A stretch of 64,000 bases of DNA from an uncultured Candidatus Saccharimonas sp. (GTDB lineage: Bacteria > Patescibacteriota > Saccharimonadia > Saccharimonadales > OMJO01). Below are positions 9,549 through 19,218 of the stretch, one piece after another. The notes under the pieces are model-generated. The model was given only the letters and a program-made list of their open reading frames with translations. It was not told the origin of the DNA and did not search any database. The stretch spans positions 237,803-301,802 of the forward strand of contig CALRAM010000001.1 in the NCBI GenBank assembly GCA_943353165.1, written 5' to 3'. The translations under genes and the position numbers were made by a program. Position 1 is the first letter of the stretch. Each line of letters begins with the position of its first letter.

Positions 9549-10778
9549 TTAGGGATTTATATATACTAATGTTCCGGTGCTGTACAATGCATAGCCAAAA
9601 TGACCCTGCCAGTCATAATTCATGTTACTGACCAAAATTTTACCTTCAGGCACATTTACACCCCCCCATGAAGTAGGACCAATTGCCTGTACTATAACAA
9701 CATGCCCGTAAGTGCCCCTTGTATTTATGCCTATTGCTCCTACTTCAGGATTTGAGCTTATAGGAATACTCGACGTATACGCCCAATCTCTAGCGTCACC
9801 ACTGACATACAAAGGTCGCCCTAATACTCTTTTAAAATACCAGTAAGCGTATGATGTGCACCAGCGATTGTCGATAATTCCGGACCAATCTGGTATAGAA
9901 AATGCCGGACTATTACATGCGTCTCCAGCGGGACCGCTGGCCTGAGAATAGCCACCGTTTCCGGAACCATTGTCGCAATTGCCGCCTCGTTCCGAGCCAT
10001 CCACATAAACACGAGAGCTAGAAGATGAATTTATCGCAGCTTGCTGAGCCCGCAAAGAGGCTATATTGCTATTATTTGCTTTGATTTTATTATTGTATTG
10101 ACCCTGCTCGGCTTTGTTCAGAGACAACAATCGGCTCTGTTCAAAACGGTCGCCATCCAGCTTTGCTTGTTGTTCTTGCTGAGTTTTTAGCAGCAATTCT
10201 ACTTCATCCTTCTGGGCGTTTAATTCATATTTTAGTTTTGTTATTTGGGCAACCGTAGCTGTAATCTTGTCCTTAACAGAGTTACGGTACTGCTGTTTAT
10301 CTACAAACTCGCTAAGATCCTTACTGGAAGCCAACATTTCCAAAGTACTTATCTGGCCTTCCAAATACATTGCCTTTATATTTTCTCCCAATACTAGCTT
10401 TTGCTTAGCCAGCTCCGCCTCAGCAATAGTTATTTTGTTTTGCAGATCCGCTTGTTTAGCTATATTGGCATTTATAGCTCCCTGCACAGCATCTATTTGC
10501 AACTGTAGCTTGCTGATTGCGTCTTCGTAACTGACTGCTTGTACCCTCAAACTATTTACAGAGCCCTGCGACAAACTGTTGGCATAGCTAAGTTCGTTAA
10601 TCTGTTGTTGCAACTGTTGTGAAGTCAATGCTCCTACTAAAGTAGGGGCCAAAAAGCTGCCCAAATAAACTAAACTTATTGCAACCGTGCTTATATGAGG
10701 TATTTTGTGGAAGACTCTTCTAATATTTTTCATTTTTTTCATTTTGTATTTACTGTTTAAATATACCATATGCCACAA
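9549..10778 (-). CDS. secreted coiled-coil + CHAP-domain peptidoglycan hydrolase (PcsB-like)
   Basis: Signal/TM segment ISTVAISLVYLGSFLAPTLVGA, about 200 aa of Q/L/K-rich coiled coil, and a C-terminal CHAP-like Cys...His (CTSYAYWYFKRV ... YGHVVIVQAIG). Directly downstream of ftsEX. Confidence 0.75.
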   Translation of the reverse strand: MWHMVYLNSKYKMKKMKNIRRVFHKIPHISTVAISLVYLGSFLAPTLVGALTSQQLQQQINELSYANSLSQGSVNSLRVQAVSYEDAISKLQLQIDAVQGAINANIAKQADLQNKITIAEAELAKQKLVLGENIKAMYLEGQISTLEMLASSKDLSEFVDKQQYRNSVKDKITATVAQITKLKYELNAQKDEVELLLKTQQEQQAKLDGDRFEQSRLLSLNKAEQGQYNNKIKANNSNIASLRAQQAAINSSSSSRVYVDGSERGGNCDNGSGNGGYSQASGPAGDACNSPAFSIPDWSGIIDNRWCTSYAYWYFKRVLGRPLYVSGDARDWAYTSSIPISSNPEVGAIGINTRGTYGHVVIVQAIGPTSWGGVNVPEGKILVSNMNYDWQGHFGYALYSTGTLVYINP

Positions 10779-10812
10779 GCGTAATCAATCTAGGTTCTGT
10801 ATATAAAAAGTT

Positions 10813-11757
10813 CTAGCTCAATGACTTAAATTTTAGATAACGGCGGGTCGCTATCAATGAAGAAGCAGCCCCTATTAGCACACCTATAGATATTTGTGCC
10901 CCTAAAATTACCCAAAAATTATGTAAAAAGTAGTCACTAGAGAATTTGATATCCAGTAGCCCCAGACTGCTGGCATCAAAATTTGAGGTAGAAACTACAA
11001 ATAATATGTAGCATAACGTCAGGCTAACTACCGCCGAAACAACACCATAGATAACAGTTTCTACTACAAAAGGCCCCTTGATATACCAGCTACTCGCACC
11101 TAACAATCTCATAATTGTCAGCTCGTCTCTACGATTGAATATAGACATACGAATGGTGTTAAAAATTATTAGCATTGATACAAAAGTAAAGACAATCACA
11201 CCCACAAACCCTATTTCGCGAAAAAACTTGGTAGCTTGACTGATCTTATCTATAGCTTCTTTACGGTCGCCAGAGTATGAAGTGTCGTCAGACTGCAGCG
11301 CCTTTGCTTCCTTGCTGTCTAGAAATGCCTTAAGTTCATTTAATTTATTTGGGTCAATTGGTTTTATAGATAAACTGGCTGGCAAAGGGTTGTCTGTTTG
11401 TGATATAGCGGCTAACAAGTCAGGGTTGGATACATTTTGTTTTTTGTATAATTCCAGAGCTTCGTCTTTGGAAATATATTTTATAGATTTTACGTTCTTG
11501 TTTGCCTTTATGTCTGCGGTTAATTTTTCTCTTTGATTAACTGTAACGCTGTCCTTCAGGTAAACGGATACGTCTATCCTATCAGTTATCTGCTGTACAG
11601 TGTTGGCAAAAGTTGCATTAGCAATAACAGAAAATAGCACAATAGACAGAGTTATAATCATCACCGCCATAGCCGCAACGGCTAGAGTTGCGTTTCGAAA
11701 AAAGTTTTGAACGCCGGATTTTATTATACGCCAAAAGGTTATAAGTTTGTGGCTCAT
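10813..11757 (-). CDS. ftsX: cell division permease FtsX
   Basis: 314 aa: TM1, a large extracytoplasmic loop, then 3 C-terminal TMs. 4-nt overlap with ftsE. Confidence 0.85.
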   Translation of the reverse strand: MSHKLITFWRIIKSGVQNFFRNATLAVAAMAVMIITLSIVLFSVIANATFANTVQQITDRIDVSVYLKDSVTVNQREKLTADIKANKNVKSIKYISKDEALELYKKQNVSNPDLLAAISQTDNPLPASLSIKPIDPNKLNELKAFLDSKEAKALQSDDTSYSGDRKEAIDKISQATKFFREIGFVGVIVFTFVSMLIIFNTIRMSIFNRRDELTIMRLLGASSWYIKGPFVVETVIYGVVSAVVSLTLCYILFVVSTSNFDASSLGLLDIKFSSDYFLHNFWVILGAQISIGVLIGAASSLIATRRYLKFKSLS

Positions 11758-12455
11758 TGCTTCGTGCCCTCTGCATGATACTTGGCATTAGCTCGGTCGC
11801 TAGAAATCCTTCCCTCATCTATAGTTATTACTCGCCTTTTTAATTTATTTACTATGTCCTGATTGTGTGTCGTAAGTATAACTGTAGTACCGTAACGATT
11901 AATTTTTTCCAAAACTTTTATGACATCCCAAGCGTGTTTTGGGTCAAGGTTTCCGGTCGGTTCATCTGCAATTAGAATTTTGGGTTGCCTAACTATTGCC
12001 CTGGCAATAGCCACTCTTTGTCTTTCGCCACCCGAAAGCTCTAGGGGCATACTTTTTTCTTTTCCTTTCAGTCCAACAATATCAAGAACTCTAGGCACAG
12101 TATTTTTAATCTCATGCGTACCATAGCCTACAATTTCTAAAGCAAAAGCTACATTTTCAAAGACATTTTTATTTGGCAAAAGTTTAAAATCTTGAAAAAC
12201 AACGCCTATTTTGCGCCTTAGTAGCGGAATATCACGATCTCTCAGCTTGTCGTAATCCAGTCCGCCGACAACAATTTTGCCGCTGTTTGGCCTTTCTTCG
12301 CATGTTAATAATTTTAGCAGAGTGGATTTACCCGCCCCACTCTTGCCGACAATGATGACAAATTCTTTTGGTTCTACATGAAGACTTACCCTATCCAGAG
12401 CAGTGTGGTTTTTGTTGTATGTTTTTGTTACTCGATCTAGCAGAATCATTAGCAC
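11754..12455 (-). CDS. ftsE: cell division ATP-binding protein FtsE
   Basis: Walker A GKSGAGKST, ABC signature LSGGERQR, Walker B ILIADEPT. Adjacent to ftsX. Confidence 0.9.
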   Translation of the reverse strand: MLMILLDRVTKTYNKNHTALDRVSLHVEPKEFVIIVGKSGAGKSTLLKLLTCEERPNSGKIVVGGLDYDKLRDRDIPLLRRKIGVVFQDFKLLPNKNVFENVAFALEIVGYGTHEIKNTVPRVLDIVGLKGKEKSMPLELSGGERQRVAIARAIVRQPKILIADEPTGNLDPKHAWDVIKVLEKINRYGTTVILTTHNQDIVNKLKRRVITIDEGRISSDRANAKYHAEGTKQ

Positions 12456-12494
12456 TATTATATAGGACTTTTAAAAAAATTCACACTATACATA

Positions 12495-13595
12495 CTATGA
12501 TTGTTGGACGTCAGCTCCAAGCGTATGCTCCAGAAAAGCGTCTATAAATGGATCCAGCTGCCCGTTCAGTACTGCTTCGGGGTCACTAGACTCGAACCTA
12601 GACCGCAAATCTTTAACTTGTTTGTACGGGTGTAAAACATAGCTACGAATTTGATTTCCCCAGGCCGCTTGTTCGTTTGGACCTTTTAAATCTTGCAAGT
12701 TTTCTTTGTGTTGTTCTATTTGTAATTGCGCCAATTTAGACCGTAAAATTGTCATACAGGTTTCTCTGTTTTGTAGTTGGCTTCGCTCGTTTTGAATTGC
12801 TATGACAATCCCAGATGGTATGTGCGTTACTCTGACTGCCGAATCCGTAGTATTGACACTCTGGCCACCTTTTCCGCCGCTTCTGTACACATCAATTTTC
12901 AGATCTTTTTCATCAATTTCAACTTCCTCTGGCGCATCTATTTTTGGCATTACTTCTACTTTCGCAAAACTAGTTTGACGCAAATTGTCGCTATTATATG
13001 GACTCAGCCTGACAAGTCTATGAACCCCGTTCTCGCCTTTTAGTTTTCCATAGGCATAATCATATTCGATTGTAAATGTTACACTTTTTATGCCGGCTTC
13101 TTCGCCTTTAGAGGATTCAACCAAAACGATTTTGGCTTTGTGCGATTCAGCCCAACGAACATACATCCTGTACAGCATCTGAGCCCAGTCCTGGGCGTCT
13201 GTGCCTCCAGCACCAGCGTGAATACTCATTACGACATTATGATCATCATAAGGGCCGCCCATTTTTAATAGTTTCTTCAATTTTTCTATAGTTATATCTA
13301 AAATGTCTAACTGACTATTTAACTCCTGCGCCAAGCTACTATCTCCAGTAGATAGTAGTTCTTGAATTTCGCTGATTTCATTCTTTACTTCAGACCATGG
13401 TTTAATCCTAGATTCCAGATAAGCTATCCGTTTCATTGTAGCTTGCGCAGACTGTGCATTATCCCAGAAACCAGCTAGTAGGCTTTTTCGCTCTAATTCG
13501 TCAAGCTCTGCCTCCAAATTATCTAGTTTTAGTTTTGATATAGCACCGCTAACTTCAATTGCAATCTTTTGAAGTCGCTCAGTTATTTCTTTCAT
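12495..13595 (-). CDS. prfB: peptide chain release factor 2 (single uninterrupted ORF)
   Basis: GGQ motif ([16 protein letters not shown]). The RF2-type recognition region reads GVHRLVRLSPYNSDNLRQTSF. No in-frame UGA or +1 frameshift site near codon 25. Confidence 0.9.
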   Translation of the reverse strand: MKEITERLQKIAIEVSGAISKLKLDNLEAELDELERKSLLAGFWDNAQSAQATMKRIAYLESRIKPWSEVKNEISEIQELLSTGDSSLAQELNSQLDILDITIEKLKKLLKMGGPYDDHNVVMSIHAGAGGTDAQDWAQMLYRMYVRWAESHKAKIVLVESSKGEEAGIKSVTFTIEYDYAYGKLKGENGVHRLVRLSPYNSDNLRQTSFAKVEVMPKIDAPEEVEIDEKDLKIDVYRSGGKGGQSVNTTDSAVRVTHIPSGIVIAIQNERSQLQNRETCMTILRSKLAQLQIEQHKENLQDLKGPNEQAAWGNQIRSYVLHPYKQVKDLRSRFESSDPEAVLNGQLDPFIDAFLEHTLGADVQQS

Positions 13596-13604
13596 AATTA
13601 TCGG

Positions 13605-14891
13605 CTACTTCCAAAGTGGACTAATTTGTTTTTCTAGCAGACCAATAAAATCTTCTTTGCAGTCACCCAGTGCACCCATACCCCAAACCTTATCTGCAAA
13701 CATAGATCGTGCAACCTTGACCACTGCTTCTTTGGTTATTGCTTCTATACGCTCTGGCTCTTTAAAGTAGTCGTCAATTGTTCCATCAAAAAAATACCAG
13801 CCGCTATAGCCAGAAGCAGTCCCACCTACCGTTTGACCACTACGCTGAAATCTACCTAGGGCATATTGTTTAGCCGCGGAAATATCTGCCTCCAAAATTT
13901 CACCTGCAAAAACAGCAGACAATTCGTGTTCTATTATTTCAAATAAAGCCGGAGCATTTTTGGACATTACTTGAGCACCAAACCACCAGTTTGTTATATT
14001 TTTGGTCTGGCTTATCCCTGAACTCATGCTGTATACCAAACCGCGCTCTCGGGCTGTCCCCAAAATTCTAGAATACAAAGTTTCTGTCAGCATAGTATTT
14101 AGCAAATTCAGGGCATCTGTTTCTGGCTCGCTAAGTCTTCTGCACAAAAAGGTATCAAAATAAAAATACATATTTTTTACACTAGTGTTGTTGATTATTA
14201 AAGGTTTTTTTAATTTACGAGGTTTTTCTATTGGCAACTCTAGTCTATGAGTTCCCTCTGGCAGCTCTATGCCACCCAAAAATGTTTCTATCTGTGTTCG
14301 TCTTTTTTGAGGCAAATGTCCAGCAATTACAAACCTCATATTTTTGGTGGTATGCGTTGATTCATAGTGCCTCTTTATATCGGCCAAAACTACGTTGTCC
14401 ATCAACTTCAATCTCTCCTGGTCGGTCAATACTTTGAAGCCATAAGATTCCCGCAGAGCTAGGCTGAGGTTACGAAAATGGTTGTTAGACCGAGCATTCA
14501 ATTCTTCGCGGACATTACCAAATTCTGCAACAAATTCTTCTTCTAAAAACAACGGTTTTGTTATAGCAGTCAGTAGCAAATCAACTATTCGGTCCCATTC
14601 AAAGTCAGCACATTCTGCTTCATAAATGATGTCGTAACTGCCTGTGCTGGCATTACAATACGCACCATTTTTCTCGAACTCTGCCTGAAAAGCTCTGGCC
14701 TTTGGAATCAGTTGATTTGCGCCAAGCAAAACATGCTCCATTATGTGCGGAGCTTCCCATTTTTCTTTTTCTACCAGATATTCGCCAGCCCGAAAATTAA
14801 TCTCGAACGTCATGACACTTGCGTCGGGCACATTTACAAACAAGCCTTCTATTCCGTTTTGTAACTTAACTTCTGATACTGTGTGCTTCAT
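13605..14891 (-). CDS. M16 (pitrilysin/insulinase) family zinc peptidase
   Basis: Inverted zinc motif HxxEH present as HIMEH. The 428-aa length is typical of two-domain M16B proteins. Confidence 0.8.
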   Translation of the reverse strand: MKHTVSEVKLQNGIEGLFVNVPDASVMTFEINFRAGEYLVEKEKWEAPHIMEHVLLGANQLIPKARAFQAEFEKNGAYCNASTGSYDIIYEAECADFEWDRIVDLLLTAITKPLFLEEEFVAEFGNVREELNARSNNHFRNLSLALRESYGFKVLTDQERLKLMDNVVLADIKRHYESTHTTKNMRFVIAGHLPQKRRTQIETFLGGIELPEGTHRLELPIEKPRKLKKPLIINNTSVKNMYFYFDTFLCRRLSEPETDALNLLNTMLTETLYSRILGTARERGLVYSMSSGISQTKNITNWWFGAQVMSKNAPALFEIIEHELSAVFAGEILEADISAAKQYALGRFQRSGQTVGGTASGYSGWYFFDGTIDDYFKEPERIEAITKEAVVKVARSMFADKVWGMGALGDCKEDFIGLLEKQISPLWK

Positions 14892-14906
14892 CTATATTTA
14901 ATTCGT

Positions 14907-17510
14907 CTATTTACGACGTTTCCCCGCTTTTTTACGCTGGCGCTCTTTTTTGTGAGCTTTCTTTTTCTTTGTCGCTATCTGTTTTTTGGCTTGTTGATTG
15001 TCTTTTTTTGCGACAAAATTTGTTTCGCTGAACTCTTCAACTTCTACTATACGGTCGGCATTGTCCACTGATTGCCTAGCTGCTCTGGTCAAATCAGTCT
15101 CTACGGCATCGTCAATGTTGTCGTCTTTTACTGGCTGTGCATAGAACAAAGCCCTGACCACATCGTGTCGAAGTTTTACCTGCATCTCTTCGAACATATG
15201 TTGTCCTTGTCTACGATATTCTACCAACGGGTCACGTTGTCCTACGCTTAGCCAATGTATTCCTTCGCGCAAATGATCCATATTTTCCAGGTGTTCCATC
15301 CATAGGTTATCCAATATCTGCAAGTAAACATCGCGCTCAACTTTGCGCATTATTTTTGTGCCAAATGCTTTTTCTCTGGATTCATACAGTTTTTTTGCTT
15401 CTCGTCCCAGTACTTTTCCAAAACTGCTTGCTTCAGAATCAAACATACTGTCTAATGCGCCATCTTCAAAAGGCATAACTTCTGTAACGGCTGTTTCAAA
15501 ATCATCTGTCAGCATTAACGGAGACGCAGACAGAGCTCGAACTTCGTCGTCGATGAATATTTTTATGCGTTTGCTGATATCGGCGTGTAACAATATTTCT
15601 CTACGCATTGCGTAAGTTGCTTTTCGATGTCGGTTCATCACGTCGTCGTATTGCACTACATTTTTTCTGGCATCAAAGTTGTAGCCTTCTACTTTTTTCT
15701 GTGCACCTTCTAGGCTTTTGCTGATAACTCTGTTTTCTATGGGTGTTTCGTCATCAACTCCCAGCCGCTGCATTATAGTTCCTATTCTGTCTCCTCCAAA
15801 AATACGCATCAGGTCGTCCTCTGTGCTGACAAAAAACTGAGTTGCTCCTGGGTCTCCTTGTCGACCTGCTCGGCCACGCAACTGATTGTCTATACGCCTG
15901 GATTCATGTCTTTCGCTACCTAGTACAAACAATCCGCCCAGCTCCTTTACTCCTTCTCCCAATACAATGTCTGTTCCACGACCGGCAATGTTAGTAGCCA
16001 AAGTTACTGCCCCTTTTTGTCCAGCTTTGGCTACAGTTGATGCTTCTCTCTCATTATTTTTTGCATTTAAAAGTTGATGAGGAACGCCAGCTTTTTTCAG
16101 TAATCCACCCAGCACTTCATTCTTTTCGATTGAAGCAGAACCTATCAAAACAGGCTGCCCTTTTAATTGCATAGATTGTACCTCTTTGATAATTGCTTTG
16201 AATTTACCCATTTCGGTTTTGTAGATACGGTCTGGGCGGTCAATTCGAACAATCTTTTTGTTGGAAGGTATCTCTACAACATTTAGTTTGTAAATCTGGT
16301 GAAATTCTTCGCTCTCCGTATTAGCCGTACCAGTCATACCAGATAGTTTTTCGTATAACCGAAAATAATTCTGAAAGGATATAGTCGCTAGAGTCATTGA
16401 TTCCTCTTGAACTTCTACGTTTTCCTTTGCTTCTATTGCTTGGTGCAACCCTTCGTTGTATCGTCTTCCTTTTAGTAGCCGGCCAGTAAACTCGTCTACT
16501 ATTACTACTTCGCCATCGTTTGTTACGACATAATCTTTGTCTCTCTTGAAAAGGGCTTCGGCTTTCAGGGATTGATCTAAGTGGTAAATAGTCCTGATAT
16601 TGACAGTGGCGTACAGATTGGTGATGCCTAGTAGTTTTTCTATAAATTCGATTCCTTCGTCTGTCAATACAACCGATTTATGCTTTTCGTCTTTTTCGTA
16701 GTGCTGTGTTTCTTTTAGTTGTCTAGCTATTTTAGAAAATTGCGAATAGCTACTACCGCTGGCAACCGATGACGCAGATATTATCAGTGGAGTACGAGCT
16801 TCGTCGATTAGGATAGAGTCTACTTCGTCTACTATGGCATAGTGAAGTTCGCGCTGTCGCAACTGATCTACTTCACGAACCATATTGTCTCTTAGATAAT
16901 CAAAACCAAATTCATTGTTCGTGCCATAAGTAACATCCGCACGATAAGCTTCTTGTCTGGTTGCTGGCTTCAAATGATGCATCCGAGGATCTTCGTGACT
17001 ACTGTTGTCAAAATTTTTATCATACAAAAACGATTCGTCGGTAATGATAACTCCGACAGACAAATTCAAAAAGTCATACACCTGAGCCATCCAGCCTGCA
17101 TCGCGCTGTGCCAGATATTCATTGACCGTTACAACGTGAACGCCTTTTTCAGTCAAAGCGTTCAAATATACCGCCAATGTGGCTACCAATGTTTTGCCCT
17201 CGCCTGTTTTCATTTCCGAGACATTACCCTCGTGCAAAACCATTCCACCTATCAACTGAACATCAAAATGTCGCTGTCCCAAAGTTCTGGTCGCAGCCTC
17301 ACGGACTACCGCAAATGCATCTGGCATAATTTTGTCTATGGACTCCTTTGCCAATCTACCCTTTAGAACTTCAGTTTGGCCGCGTAGCTGTTTGTCTGTC
17401 ATAGCCGTGTATTTACCAGCTAGTGCATTTATTTCACGCACACGCTTGCGTAATCGCTTGACTGTCTTTGCCTGCGGGTCTCCCAGGATTTTCTTAAATA
17501 CTTTGTTCAT
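14907..17510 (-). CDS. secA: preprotein translocase ATPase SecA
   Basis: MKTGEGKTLVATL (Walker A), VDEVDSILIDEARTPLIIS, TNIAGRGTDI. Lys-rich C-terminal tail without the Cys zinc finger. AGAGGAG RBS. Confidence 0.95.
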   Translation of the reverse strand: MNKVFKKILGDPQAKTVKRLRKRVREINALAGKYTAMTDKQLRGQTEVLKGRLAKESIDKIMPDAFAVVREAATRTLGQRHFDVQLIGGMVLHEGNVSEMKTGEGKTLVATLAVYLNALTEKGVHVVTVNEYLAQRDAGWMAQVYDFLNLSVGVIITDESFLYDKNFDNSSHEDPRMHHLKPATRQEAYRADVTYGTNNEFGFDYLRDNMVREVDQLRQRELHYAIVDEVDSILIDEARTPLIISASSVASGSSYSQFSKIARQLKETQHYEKDEKHKSVVLTDEGIEFIEKLLGITNLYATVNIRTIYHLDQSLKAEALFKRDKDYVVTNDGEVVIVDEFTGRLLKGRRYNEGLHQAIEAKENVEVQEESMTLATISFQNYFRLYEKLSGMTGTANTESEEFHQIYKLNVVEIPSNKKIVRIDRPDRIYKTEMGKFKAIIKEVQSMQLKGQPVLIGSASIEKNEVLGGLLKKAGVPHQLLNAKNNEREASTVAKAGQKGAVTLATNIAGRGTDIVLGEGVKELGGLFVLGSERHESRRIDNQLRGRAGRQGDPGATQFFVSTEDDLMRIFGGDRIGTIMQRLGVDDETPIENRVISKSLEGAQKKVEGYNFDARKNVVQYDDVMNRHRKATYAMRREILLHADISKRIKIFIDDEVRALSASPLMLTDDFETAVTEVMPFEDGALDSMFDSEASSFGKVLGREAKKLYESREKAFGTKIMRKVERDVYLQILDNLWMEHLENMDHLREGIHWLSVGQRDPLVEYRRQGQHMFEEMQVKLRHDVVRALFYAQPVKDDNIDDAVETDLTRAARQSVDNADRIVEVEEFSETNFVAKKDNQQAKKQIATKKKKAHKKERQRKKAGKRRK

Positions 17511-17588
17511 TCAACTCCTCTAAAATACGGAAATATATACTACCTACTATTGTACCCTAACAGAGAAAAAATACCGTCGTATTTTTGC

Positions 17589-17951
17589 CTACATTTTACC
17601 GCGCTGCAGGCGTGCTATTACCCGCCTATGGATCTTTAGGCTACTATGTGTTTCTTTGTACTTTTTTAGCTGATTTTTTAGTTTTGCTTCTACTATGTCT
17701 ATGGCGGCAAACATATTCATGGTTGCTTCTTTGGCCATTAGAGTCCCGTGCGGCAAATACATCACAACTTCGCATATACATTGTTTTTTTTCTTTGGATT
17801 TCGATTCCTTTAGGCTAATTTCTGCATGCGCACTTTCTCTAGCATGCTTAGGCATATATCTGTCTAGTTTCCCAAGTTTTTTTGTTATATATTTGCGCAA
17901 TTCTGGTGTAACTACTGTATGAACTCCAGATATTTCTAATTTTTCAATCAC
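17589..17951 (-). CDS. hpf: ribosome hibernation promoting factor / RaiA family (short form)
   Basis: 120 aa. The ...TPELRKYITKKLGKLDRY...AEISLK...LPHGTLMAKEATMNMFAAIDIVEAKLKNQLKKYKE pattern matches the S30AE family. Confidence 0.8.
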   Translation of the reverse strand: MIEKLEISGVHTVVTPELRKYITKKLGKLDRYMPKHARESAHAEISLKESKSKEKKQCICEVVMYLPHGTLMAKEATMNMFAAIDIVEAKLKNQLKKYKETHSSLKIHRRVIARLQRGKM

Positions 17952-17966
17952 CTGAGCTCCTTAAAG

Positions 17967-19211
17967 TTAAATTTTTTCTTTTCCTTGCATAAATGTTCGC
18001 AAAACTTCTGGGACTATAACATCACCGTCTTTTGTTTGAAAGTTTTCTATTATAGCTACCATTGCCCTAGACAGAGAGACTACAGTACCGTTTAGTGTAT
18101 GAGGGATTACTGTGTCTCCTTTTTTATTTCGCACTCTAATGTTTACATTTCTGGCCTGATAATCAGTGCAGTTACTACAGCTACTCAGCTCTCTATAAAC
18201 ATTATCTACTGGAGACCAATACTCTATATCGTATTTTTTAGATGCCTGGGCGCCCAAATCTCCTGAAGCTATATTTATTACACGATACGGAACACCCACA
18301 GCCTGCCACAATTCCTCTTCTATGGACAATATTTTCTGATGCATTTGGACACTTTCTTCGGGCAAAGTAAATGCGTACATCTCTAGCTTATTGAACTGAT
18401 GCACCCTGAACAGACCCCTGTTGTGTTTTCCGTATGTTCCAGCTTCCTTTCGATAACAGGGGCTCAGCGCCGCATAATTTAGTGGCAAATCTTTTTCATC
18501 CAAAATTTCATCTGCATGAAACCCTGTCAAAGGTATCTCCGCAGATGCGATCAGAGTCAAATCTTCCCCTTCAATAAAATACTCGTCACTCTGATCGCTA
18601 GTACGGGGCGAAAACCCGGTTCCCGCAGCAATCCTGCTATTTACCATATGAGGCACTGTCATATAGTTAAAACCTTTTTTGATTATAAAATCTAAAGCAT
18701 ACTGCGTAATGGCATTCTCCAGCATAGCCAAATCGCCTTTTACAAAATAAAATTTATTGCCCGATACTTTGGATCCACGCTCAAAATCTAACCAGCCTTT
18801 TTTGACAGCCAAATCCAAGTGGTCAACTGCGCTTTTTTTCTGTTCCCCAACTTTTTTGATTTCTAAATTATTTTCTTCACCACCAACAGGAACATCGCTG
18901 GCTGCAATATTCGGGATAAGCGCCAGCAAAGTCTGAAATTCCTTGTCTATCGAGGCATACTGGTGCTCTAGTACGGACAAGTTTTCTTTTACGGCACGAC
19001 CTTTGGCTATTTGTTCCGTGCCCGGTTTTTTGCCTTTTACGGCGTCGGCTAAGACATTTCTCTCCCGGCGCAGCTCCTCCACTTTTAGTCGTAGTTCTCT
19101 ACGCTTGGTATCAAAGCCCAGCAATTGCTCTACATCAACCTCGTAGCCTTTTTGCTTTGATTTTTCTTGAACTTCGGAGGCGTTTTCTCTAATAAATTTT
19201 ATATCTAACAT
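17967..19211 (-). CDS. serS: seryl-tRNA synthetase
   Basis: MLDIKFIRENASEV N-terminus with a coiled-coil arm. Class II motifs FRVHQFNKLE and GTVVSLSRAMVAIIENFQ. Confidence 0.95.
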   Translation of the reverse strand: MLDIKFIRENASEVQEKSKQKGYEVDVEQLLGFDTKRRELRLKVEELRRERNVLADAVKGKKPGTEQIAKGRAVKENLSVLEHQYASIDKEFQTLLALIPNIAASDVPVGGEENNLEIKKVGEQKKSAVDHLDLAVKKGWLDFERGSKVSGNKFYFVKGDLAMLENAITQYALDFIIKKGFNYMTVPHMVNSRIAAGTGFSPRTSDQSDEYFIEGEDLTLIASAEIPLTGFHADEILDEKDLPLNYAALSPCYRKEAGTYGKHNRGLFRVHQFNKLEMYAFTLPEESVQMHQKILSIEEELWQAVGVPYRVINIASGDLGAQASKKYDIEYWSPVDNVYRELSSCSNCTDYQARNVNIRVRNKKGDTVIPHTLNGTVVSLSRAMVAIIENFQTKDGDVIVPEVLRTFMQGKEKI

Positions 19212-19218
19212 AGTTATA

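Noticed and set aside
12495-13595. Programmed +1 frameshift site in prfB, and alternative genetic code (UGA reassignment)
   Set aside because: The RF2 ORF is continuous from its first Met. RF2 is present, and genes such as rsmE and prfA end in TGA. Standard code 11 therefore fits, and there is no sign of code 25 or code 4.
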